The notes under the pieces are model-generated. The model was not told the origin of the DNA. It was given only the letters and a program-made list of their open reading frames with translations, and made no database searches. 64,000 nt of DNA, from assembly GCA_043228905.1 (NCBI GenBank), contig JBHGNT010000001.1, positions 10,974,001 to 11,038,000 on the forward strand, written 5' to 3'. The stretch is from Azolla caroliniana (Eukaryota; Plantae; Polypodiophyta). Positions 34,019 to 45,022 of the stretch are shown here, piece after piece (position 1 is the first letter of the stretch; each line of letters starts with the position of its first letter). Both the position numbers and the translations under genes were made by a program.

Positions 34019-37000
34019 GGATTTTCGCAAAAACCTAACAAAACCAAGGAATGATCGAACTTCTCGAATGTTCCGAAGAGTGGGCCAAAACTTGATTTTC
34101 TTGATGCGAGAAGGATCAATTTCAACTCCTCGTTTGGTTATGAGATGTCCAAGATAAGTAATTGATTTCTTGAAGAACTCACATTTTGAGATCTTCGCGT
34201 AAAACTGTTTGTCACGCAATGTTTGTAAAATAAAGCGGACATGTTTAACATGTTCTTGTAATGTACGGCTATAAACAAAAATATCAACCAAGAAAATAAC
34301 GACAAATTTTCCAAGTTGTTCTTGGAAAATGTCATTCATTTCTTGTTGAAATGTAGTCGGAGCATTGGTCAAACCAAAAGGCATAACCAAAAACTCATAA
34401 TGGCCATAACGCGTACGAAATGCCGCTTTAGGAACATCGTCCTCACTTATACGAATTTGATGGTAGCTAGTACGAAGATCAAGTTTCGTAAAATACCGAG
34501 CTTCTTGGAGACGGTCAATTAGATTGTCAGCCTGGGGCAATGGATACGAATTCTTGATCGTCACTTTATTCAAGCGTCGGTAATTAATACACATACGCCA
34601 TGTGCCCTCTTTCTTTTTAACCAAGAGAACTGGTGCACCCCATAGAGATTTACTATAACGTATATAACCCATTCGTGAATAGTCCTTGAGTTGCTTAGAT
34701 ACCTCATCCTCTTCGGATCGACTTAAGCGATAAGGAGGTATACTTATTGGTGCAACACCTGGTACAATATCTATACGATGGTCTATATTACGTTTAGGAG
34801 GTAAACCATCTGGTAGTTCACTTGGAAAAACATCACGAAAATCATTTAAGATTTCATCAAGTTGTTGTTGTTCAAAATATGTTAATTGAACCGAGACATT
34901 ATCGATATTGTAAACATGAATGTCCGGATCAAGTACACAATAAAATAGAGTAGAACAAGACAACTCGGATATTTATGGACATGAGGAAACAATCGACAAG
35001 GATTGTTTTTTGACACATTGAATAAAATGAGTGCAATTGTCCAGTACAAAAGTAATTGAATGATGAACCCAATCAATAGATAAAGAAGAGTTTTTATTAA
35101 AAAACCAGGGATAACCCAATATTACATCACTGGTACAAAGATTCATTACATGGAAGTCTACTTCCTCTATATAAGTATCAATAGCAATTCCTAATGAATG
35201 AATCGCCCTGTTGATGTATTGTACTCTTCCATTAGCCAAGTGCACCCTATAGGTGTGGTCACTTACGGTGGGTTGGATTCCCCATATCTGAACCAAATGA
35301 TTATTCACAAAATTGTGTGAGCTTCCCGAATCAAATAAAAATTGTACGGGAGATCCATTGATATACCCGTTTGCACGCAGTAAATCACTGGGTCCCAATA
35401 CATAGTGAGGGAAAGAACATTGATAATTACTTAAATGATGTGTATAGACCTGAAGGACATTAGGAATCTGACCTTTATGGTCTGCAACTTTAGCTTTGTT
35501 GTCGTGCTCTTTTCGTTGGAGCTTTCGACATTGCTCTTTTGTATGACCCTTCTTTTTGCAGAATACGCAAAAAGGATGTTGTCGCTTACAATCGCGATCC
35601 ATGAATTTGTTGGGTGTCTTGCGTTTCCCAGCTAATTGTAACTGCTTAGTCCTAGGCGCTTCGTTGGGTTTATTGTGGTCCTTCATCAAAGTGCATTGAT
35701 AGCGAAGAACTATTTCAACGGCCTCTTCGAAGGATTTTGGATCCTTATCGTGCACTATCCAGTGATAGTCCGAATTGGGAATGCCATTGACAAAACAAGC
35801 TATTAACCAATTGTCCCCTTCTAGACCCGATTTCTGGATTTGGGTTCTAGCATGGTGAACATGGTCTTCTAGCGAGGAAAACTTCTTGCTAGAGAGGTTC
35901 ATTAAAGCTTGGGCTGCCTCGGTTCGAGAGGGAGGTTGCAGAAATTTGCCCTTGAAAACTCTGACAAAATTTGTCTAGGTATCGGGAAATTTACCCAAAG
36001 TACGGAGCCCACGCCACCAGGTGGCGACCTTACCCCCTAGTTCTCAGCCGACATATGCAATCTTCGTACTATCTGGTGTGGGATAGAGCTCAAAATGAGA
36101 CTCCCATCGGCCCAACCACGTGTAGATTGCTTCTTCGGTTCTTTCCTTTTTGTCTCCCATAAATGGCTTAACAACAAACGATGGTTCACCCTGTCGCTCA
36201 TCAGGTCTATTAGTCTCACGTTGTAGACTAATGACACGTGCTTCGAGAGCACTTTGAGATTGCCGAAGTTCGGTCATCTGTTGAGCGATGAAACTAAGGT
36301 ATTGGGTTATTTGAGAAAAATACATCTCAATGGACATTTGTCCAGGAGGATTCCCTTGAGTTCCTTCCGCTTGAGGGGATGACATTGGGTCGTTATTTTG
36401 AGCCATTAAATGATTATTTCTGGAAAAGAAATAGGATAAGGTTAGAGAGATAGTCATAACATCATGTCGTGATGTAAACATATCATGGGCAAACATTAAT
36501 CGATATCATGATCTCACGTCAACACCCCTCTAGACGTATGAGTTGAGGTTCAAGATCAGGTTACTATGGTAACACAAAGGTGTTTTAAAAACCATGGGGG
36601 TGACAAATGAATGTCTTTCCCTGATCTCTATATCGATTTTATATGGCGGCTCCCCGAGGCTCAACCATGTATGTCCGTGTCATGAGTAGTTTATACACGA
36701 AAAAAATGTTAACAATAAACTATGTTTCTGTGCCCACATACGTGGTTTCAGCTCTTTAAGACCTATTACGAGGACCCCGAAGTGCAGTTAGACCTTAAGT
36801 CTAAACATGTGTTATAGGCATATGTATCAACGATGTTGTATGGTCTTGGTCATATTTGAACTCGAGACGTCAAGAACAAATGCATTAAACACTTGAGCCA
36901 ACCAAGTAGATTGCTCTTCTTTGAATGTTTAATGTTTCATGCGTATAAAAGATATGCAAGGCATTTGCCCATATATGTTTTTTTAAAAGAAACATATATG

Positions 37001-37584
37001 TCAAGAGTCCTTATTTCGCCCTCATTTACTACAACTATGTTGGTACGTTACCTAACCTCAAGTCTCGTAATTACGATGGCATACGCCAAAGTGCAACCTA
37101 ATGGTCAAGCCAAATGAGCCCCCTTTTCGTAGTAGGCCCACGTGGCCCATCACATGGTCACATCATTACGAATGCCTCTCGTAAGAATGATCTCATGGTG
37201 GCATCATATCCATGTAATGAGGGAAGGATGTTGGATACGTGTGTCATAGGAGCGACCTCACATGAAGTAGGTCAAGCCCTATGTACTCAACATCATTATC
37301 GCTATTGGCATTTCTTTACATAACAAAATATCAAAGTCACCAACGGGGATTTCAACAATAAAAAATTGTTGAAAAAAGGGATGGTGACAACGCTATTCTC
37401 ACAAAAATGTGAGGACGGCCACCAAGATCCTTTCCCCGAAAAGGAAAACATTCGATTTAAAATCACGTCATAACGTATATTTACATATGTATATTATCAC
37501 ATATATACGATCAACTACGTATACACGTGACCACATATGCCTATATTAAAGAAATCGTTATATTTAATAGCAAAAAATGACGTA

Positions 37585-37835
37585 ATCGAGGCATATACCT
37601 CTACGCACACGAGACATCCACAAATAAGGGTTAATCGTAATACACAAGTGAGGTATTGACCTCTTACGCATACGAGACCAAACACATATCATTTACAACG
37701 AATCGAGGTATTGACCTCATACGCAAACGTAACATATGTTTGTGAACGTAATACGCAATTGAGGTATTAACCTCGTGCGCATACGACACTCATCACATAT
37801 TCAATATACGTCAAATGAGGTATTGGCCTCATGCA
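37585..37835. repeat. Five regularly spaced GAGG-loop-CCTC hairpin units in the chromovirus leader
   Basis: gaggtattgacctc-type palindromes at ~37588, 37650, 37705, 37761 and 37817. Confidence 0.8.
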
Positions 37836-38091
37836 CATATGTAAACGTTTTATACAACCAATGAATTACCACTACAACATCATTGAATTAATGAAAAAAA
37901 TCTACATATTAACCATACACATGATTAGGTGGGAGAAGAAAAAATAGACAAAAACAAAACAAGAAAGATTACCAAAGTTCCTTTGTTGATCCTTGTCTGC
38001 ATGAAAGCCGACTGCACATAGATTGATCGCCATCAATCAAGAACACAAAAGACAACAAAAGAAACATTAGAAAATGAGCTCGGATACCAAC

Positions 38092-38548
38092 TGTTAGAGA
38101 CATAGACTAATGTAAGCATTAGATAAGGATAGAATATAGATGAATAGAAAAAAAGGAGAGAGAGAAAGAAGGGTGCCGATCCACCCGACCACCCCTGAGC
38201 AAAGGGATCGAGACGGACTCGAGCCTCGATCGGCGTCCCATACCACCGTCGTGGCGTCGAGTCGTTCCTGGTGCTGGCACGCTCGCTACAAGAGTTGACC
38301 CACCACAAGACAGAGTCTCGACGTAGTCAACAAGATCATCAAATGAGGGTAGTTAGGCCTCTTATTTATAGCGATACCCAAGGCCCCCAGGCAAGTTCAC
38401 ACTTGGCCTAATGGGTTGTCTCAATCCCGAGGATTAAAAGTAATCCTCCCCTTCTTTACACTCTCGTTTGACCCTCACACTTATCCACGTGTATAGAATA
38501 CTACAGTAAATTCTTACCACAGGATATTATATGGTCATGCTCGTAACA
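38092..38548 (-). repeat. 5' LTR of the chromovirus
   Basis: Adjacent iMet-type PBS; TSD taaga at 38549-38553. Confidence 0.95.
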
Positions 38549-40700
38549 TAAGAAGTACTATATATTATGAGAAACTTTGTTATGTAGAGAATGAGGTATA
38601 TTATTTGTAGTTGAGCATAAGTGTCATGAGTTAGCAGGATCCACAATTCATTTGCATGGATATTAATCATTCTATGCATGACATCTTAGTAATAATTATT
38701 CGGGCATGGTCAGTTTTTGGTTATAGAAATCACTTATCTTCACCAAGTTGTGTGGTTGGTTGCACCAAGTCACTCAACGTATTGCATTATGAGTCTCACT
38801 CCTTTAGACCCTATGTGTGGGTCGTCCAAGATTAATTATGGGCGATTTTAACATGTGTTTTGATGCATCTCAATCTACGTCTAAACTTTCAATCATGGAT
38901 GATTTGGAGCAAGTTGTTTGGGTTTCATTGGCAATGGAGGTTCTAACGTTGGATGTTTGGACATGGTTGCATTGGAAGGAACTAGGTTTTACCTTTGAAT
39001 CTGCTCAAGATAGACAAACATGGAGTCGGTTAGATAGAATGTATGTGATGCACAACGATTGTTTTTTACCGACATCCCTTCGTATTCATGACAATTCTAC
39101 AAGATGTGGGAACTTCATATTACTTTCCTATTTGTTTGGAGGTTTGTAGTCATGCAATTGACTTGTATAAATCATTACTTGGAAAGCCTCCATTACACTT
39201 TAACTCTTCTCTTTTGCTTCAACCTCACTTTGATTCTCTCATGGAGAAAATTTTGGTGAATTTTCCACAAGAAGTGGATCTTCAAGGAGTTAAAGCATGG
39301 GATATCACTTTATGAAACATTAAGATCAATTCATCATATGTATGGGGTAACTAATGCCCAACGACGATGAGATCTTCTTCGACAATTCTCACAAGTTCTC
39401 TCTAGGTGTAATGCATTATTGATACATGACCCATTAAATGATGAGCTTTTGGATATCTATCTACTCAATTGCATATTATTATTACTCAGATGCAATGCAA
39501 AAGTTATCGTTATGCTAAGATGTGACAACTTAGGGATGGGTTCATAGATAATCAGTGTCAATCTCATTTGTTATTCCAAGTGTTACATCCTACCAATGCT
39601 CAATTTATTATGGTACATGTGACGCAAGGGGATGAATTTATAGTGGATCCTGCTACAATAATTGCAATATGTTTTCATTACTTTTAAGGAGTTGATTGGC
39701 CCAACATTGTTAATGAAAAATGAGGTGAGTAGAGCATGCCATAAGTTTTGTGGTGTGGTTGGATATATTGTGCACGACCTCATTAGTCATGAATTGGATG
39801 CATATTTCACCGAGGATAAGGTGGACATGGGTTTGAAGGCATCTTCCTAGTGGTAAGAGCCCTGGTTGGGATGACTTGACAAATAAAGTTTTTATGCGAT
39901 ATTTGAACATTTTAAAGGGGCCGTTAACTTTGATGTTTCAATGTTGTTGGGATTCTGGTTGTATGCCTCAAGTTTGGAAGGTTTGTCTAATTAAATTAGT
40001 TCTGAAAGTGGCATCTCCCGAGTCATTTCATCAATAGAGACCTATTTCTTTGATGAATGGGCTATATAAGATATTTACAAAGGTCTTGGCATATATATTA
40101 CAAAAGTATTTGCCAAAGTTGATACATACCACCCAATATGGTTTTATTACATGTAAGAATATATCTCATAATGTGTTAAATGTTCAAATAGCCATGGACT
40201 ATGCACGACACACTAATCAAGAATTGATTATGTGCAATTGGATTTGGAGAAATCTTATGACCATATTAATTGGTCCTTTGTTTCTGGGTTAACACATACA
40301 ATAGGCTTTAGACCACGTATGTCTCACCTCATATTTTTATTAGGACAAGCTGATGTGGTGTCTCGAGTAATGCTTAATGGGTGAGTTACTCATATATTGC
40401 CCTCACAAGATCTGTTCTTCAAGGATGCCTACTTAGTCTATTGTTGTTTGCTATTATTACTCATCCCTTTGTTAGTGATTTTATCAAGGCTTGCAACGAA
40501 TGATGACATTGTGGGTCTACACCTTCCATCGAGAGGGAAACTAGTAACACAAGCTTTGGCAAATGATTCTTTCATGTTTCTACAAGTTGCAAGAGGGAAT
40601 CTTGAGAAGGGTATGCTTGTATAGAACCAATTTGCATTGGTTTCTGTATTACACATTAATTGGGAGTTGCATTTCTCAAATTTGGCAAGTTTTATCATGG
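38549..40700 (+). mobile_element. L1-type LINE ORF2 continuation (endonuclease and RT), decayed
   Basis: LIMGDFN, WSRLDRMY, RPISLMNGLYKIFTKVLA, QYGF, DLEKSYD, QGC.LS and ANDS remnants across frameshifts. Confidence 0.88.
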
Positions 40701-41165
40701 TGTTATTTGACGCCTAGACAGTGGGTGTTTGCATAATTTACACATGTGACGCAAAATCATTGTGATGACTAAAACATTGCGACAAGGCAACTATTCTTTG
40801 CTAAAATGCTTGCCTCTAGTGGAAGCGTCCTCTAACGTGAAGATGTCAACAATCATACTCCACAAGATATAGCCATTACCAAACCCTAAGGCAATAAAGT
40901 ATTAACTTAAAGTCTTTCTATGAAATCCGTTGTCTCAAAGGTGTGTTAGACTTTTCGTTGTCTAGAGGGAATGTATATTATCTAGCCAAATGGCACTTTT
41001 TGTACATATACACACAAAAATCTAATTTTGAAGTAGATAGTCTACAATTGAAAAGCGATTTCATCATGTAACTCCTTATTTTGCTTTAAAAGTCACGTCA
41101 ATAAGCCTTACCAATGGTTAACATTAAGAGACAAATGTTAATATACACTACTTGTCGAATAATAT

Positions 41166-41202
41166 TGTAAAGAATCAAATATGATTCCATGCAGCGGAAG
41201 AG

Positions 41203-41243
<41 letters not shown>

Positions 41244-43343
41244 GAGGAGAGGATAGGACAAAAGAGAGACACGAGATAGATAAGAGAAACGAAGTAGTCA
41301 AGAAGAAGAAATATATTAACAAGGATAATATAATGTACAAAAATGTAGCATTACACGGAGCAACAACTGACACATTATGAAGTAGGAGGAAAGTGCTTTA
41401 TATAAGGTCACCCTCTCTCTTCATCAACTCACTATAACACACATCTCTTTCGTTGCACATAATCATATCCGTTTCTTTACATAGTATCAGAGCTTGATTC
41501 TCAACATGTCCCCTCAAGCTCAATTTTGGTCGGCTTCTTTCAGTTGATGTCCACTTCGGCTGGTATCCGGTTCGAACGGTGTCCAATTCTCTCTTTGTAC
41601 TCCCCCTCAAGCTTGGCAAGTAAGGGAATGTTAGTCCAAGGTCTTACATGAATTGCCGAAGCTTGTCGGCTCCTAAGGCTTTGGTGAAGATGTCGGTTGT
41701 TTGAATATTCATGTTGATGTGTTGAAGGTCGACATCTCCAGCCTGAATGCACTCTCGGATGAAGTGAGAGTGCACTTCAATATGCTTCGTGCGTGCATGA
41801 ACACCAGGTTCCGAGCCAGATAGATATTGCTCATGTTGTTGCAGTAAAGGGGAGTCAGATCCTTGATGGGAATGCCCAAATCCTTCAAGATTCGCTTCAA
41901 CCAAACGACTTCACATGGAACCATGGCAACACCCCTTTATTCAGCCTCTGTGCTCAAAAGTGCAATAGTTGGTTGCTTCTTGCTACTCCAAGAGATGGCT
42001 CGACTTCCGAGAGAGAAGAAAAATCCAGAGGTCGATAGTCGGTATGCTCTGTAGTCAGCCTAGTTGGCATCTATGTACCCTTCGAGTCAAATTGGTGTGG
42101 CCAATTTGTAGAGAATGCCACAATCCATTGTGCCGTTGGCACTCGCGTAGCACAATCCAAGTGAATGTCACGTGGCTTTTGCATGAATTGGCTAGGGAGA
42201 CCGATCGGGTAGCTGAGGTCGGGTCAAGTGATTGTGAGATAGATGAGGCTCCCGATCAGTTGTTGATACTGAGTTGACTCACACTCTGTGGTGCCGAAGT
42301 CGGCATCTAATTTGAGGTTTCGATCAAGAGGGGTTGCCACAGATTTGCACTTAGTCATCCCGAACTTGTATAACAAGTTAAGGATGTAGTGTTGTTGGGA
42401 GATCATAATGCCGGTTGGAGTCCGAATTACCTCGATGCCAAGGAAGTAATACACCTCTTTCATGTCCGTCATCTCGAATTTTCCGAAGAGGAGGGACTTG
42501 ACCTTGTTGATGTCGACTAGATTTTCACCTCCAATTACTAGATCATCCACGTATAAGATGATGACAATCGGACTTCTAGAATCGCTTCTAACATAGAGAA
42601 AGTTGTCGGATTTGGACATTTTGAAGCCAATTTGATGAAGATATTGTGTTATCTTAGAATGCCAAGCCCGTGGCACTTGCTTAAGGCCATATAGTGACTT
42701 CTTTAGTCGGCACACTGGTGCTAGATGTGTGTTCGATTCAAAGTCGGGTGGTTGAACCATGTACACCTCCTCTTCTAATTCTCCTTGGAGATGTCACCCT
42801 TTCGTCGTTGCAAGTGCAACCACGGTCCACACAGTCGTTATCTTTGCCACCGGGGCAAAGTTTTCTTCATAGTCGACTCCATGTGTTTGAGCATAACCTT
42901 TTGTTACATGTCAAGCTTTATAGCGGTTGATAGAGCCGTCGACATTATACTTCACTTTGTATATCCACCTGCAATTGATTGCCTTCTTTTGAGGTGAGTG
43001 GGGGATGAGATCCCATGTCTTGTTCTTGCATAGTGCCTGCATCTCCTCGTTCATTGCTTCGACCCTTCGTGTATCCTTGGCTGCTTTGGAAAAACTTTCC
43101 GGCTCTCGAATTGCTACCACCTTTATCATAAAGGCATAGTGGTACGCCATATAGTCGTTGTAGTCGAATTGGTTAACCAGATTCTTCTCTCAAATGGGGA
43201 GACAAAGTTTCTCATTTGTCGATGTGAGTGCTTTCTTAACTTTGGGTGACCTCATAAGAGGCACATCAAAGCCACCGAACTCATTGTCGAGTGAGTGAGT
43301 CATATCCGATTATTTACATGGTATCAGAGCTTGATTCTCAACA
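41166..43343 (-). mobile_element. Internally deleted Ty1/copia element (start of 5' LTR fused to RT-RNaseH, complete 3' LTR at 41166-41506)
   Basis: TSD AATAT at 41161-41165 and 43344-43348; LKKSLYGLKQ, YVDDL and RTKHIEVH motifs; PPT ttgaggggga present twice (~41510 and ~41600). Confidence 0.92.
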
Positions 43344-43929
43344 AATATTTTTACAAACTATTTAAATCGGCCCAATGACTATTATGCATGTGATCAATAT
43401 CGTGATTCTAAATGTAATCAACCTTTGGTTACCCACTAATTGTTCTTTAGATATCAACAGTTAGGTCAATAACCATCATTGACAACTTAACCAAAACCCA
43501 CAACAAACCTTTTTAGGGCTATGCATGCAATGAGTAGTATGGCTTACATTTCAAGAATTTTACTTCAATATATGTCTTCTTTATTTGGAAGGCAAAGTGA
43601 CATGTATTTAACCATCCAAGTTATCCCTATACTTGCGGATTCCATGAAATTAATTGGTTGCTACTTGACTAGTTCCCTCGTCCAAGGCCATGTTGAAACT
43701 CTACCTTGACAACCATTTCCTAACCAAATATTCTTGTCACAGTGTTCCATAGCTCTCTTCATATTGTCTAGAAGTACAATCTTGTACCCTGATAAACAGA
43801 GAGAGAGAGAGAGAGAGATTCTACTATCATCTTTGGAGATCAAATATAACCAATGAGACAAAAAATATTACATTTCACGTAATATATGCGAAAGTGAGTA
43901 GCGACTCTCGATATTCAAAAACATTACCA

Positions 43930-44640
43930 ATGAATATCACAATTGAGCATGCACATTGTGATTGTGAGGGCAATTCATACAAGGATTGGGTTTGGTCAAA
44001 GATGTGTGAAAGCATACTAGTCGAATATGATCAAAGGTAGAGCATTGTATCAAAGTGTGATATTCAGAATCTTGAACTTGTTTCGGGCAAACTATGCATT
44101 TACAATGCATGTGAGTTAAGTCACATGAAAGCAATGGTTCAGATGGCAGACAATGGGATGGGCTCTAACATGTATCAATGTGTATGGTTTACCCATTTTG
44201 CAAAGAATATGATTTTGTAACTAGGTGCAACATGTGTAGTATAAATGTGTGAAGCGTGAGCCTCCACTTTTTTCCCATGTCATGATATATTGGCATTGCA
44301 AAAAGGCCTCATTTACAAAGGAATCTAGTGATGCATCATGAAGCAAATGTGTTGCATCCTATCTACCAAACCACTTTTTCATATCTTGCGTCCAACCGAA
44401 ACACAACATTTTGTTTTTGTGTGTCTTTTTGCCTGCTTCCCATGCAATTCTAGGGAGTCGATGTGAGGGACTTTTTTGAACCTTAAGAATGTACTCAACA
44501 ACCCTTTTCATAACCATGATCTCAATGGGACTAAGAATGTACTCAACAACCCTTTTCATGACCATGATCTCAATGGGACTAAGAATGTACTCAACAACCA
44601 TTTCATGACCATGATCTCAATGGGAAGCGATCCCGTCTCA
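43930..44640 (-). mobile_element. 3' fragment of a non-LTR retrotransposon, decayed
   Basis: HRLPRIAWEA...W and C..C....DSEYHTLIQC..FDHIR C-terminal zinc-binding-like motif. Confidence 0.55.
44480..44625. repeat. 48-bp tandem repeat, three copies
   Basis: taagaatgtactcaacaaccc.tttcat.accatgatctcaatggga repeated three times. Confidence 0.9.
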
Positions 44641-44694
44641 AGGAGGAGGAGGATGTATGGCGTTTGTTTCTTAACTTGTAGATGTTATGGACAC

Positions 44695-44768
44695 GATGGA
44701 ATGTAGGGGGTTGAACCCATGACCTCCTGGTCTTATTGGGAAACCTTACTAGTTGAGCTACATCCATC
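44695..44768 (-). ncRNA. tRNA-like Pol III cassette within the LTR (second copy at 62003-62076)
   Basis: Minus strand reads ggatgtagctcaact(a/g)gtaagg...aggtcatgggttcaacccc: A-box and B-box at tRNA spacing; not a canonical cloverleaf. Confidence 0.6.
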
Positions 44769-44988
44769 TATGCATTATTGCATTGTATTATAAGATTCAA
44801 CTTATTACATTGTAGGTTAATCACTAGAAACCTCTAGAGAATGCACCTTCATGCACTCTCTAGATGTTTCCTACCTTACATGCATATCTCCACATTCTTG
44901 TATAAATACTTGGGTGCACCTTGATTACAATCAATGTGAACAACACCAGTTACAGAAGCATAATTCAATTCTCACCCTCTTGTCTACT

Positions 44989-45022
<34 letters not shown>

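Larger units (their letters stand above)
23561..38548 (-). mobile_element. Ty3/gypsy chromovirus, full length but decayed, inserted in the LINE
   Basis: 457-bp LTRs at 23561-24017 and 38092-38548 (TG...CA); TSD TAAGA; iMet-type PBS tggtatccgagc next to 38092; PPT gagggggggag next to 24017; gag/protease 34973-36496, RT ~34020-34963, RH/INT/chromodomain ~24030-26047. Confidence 0.95.

Noticed and set aside
37585-37835. CRISPR-like look of regularly spaced palindromes (also 47500-47795 and 18800-19015)
   Set aside because: Eukaryotic transposon context, spacers are related to each other, and there are no cas genes; explained as leader, subterminal or junction repeats.
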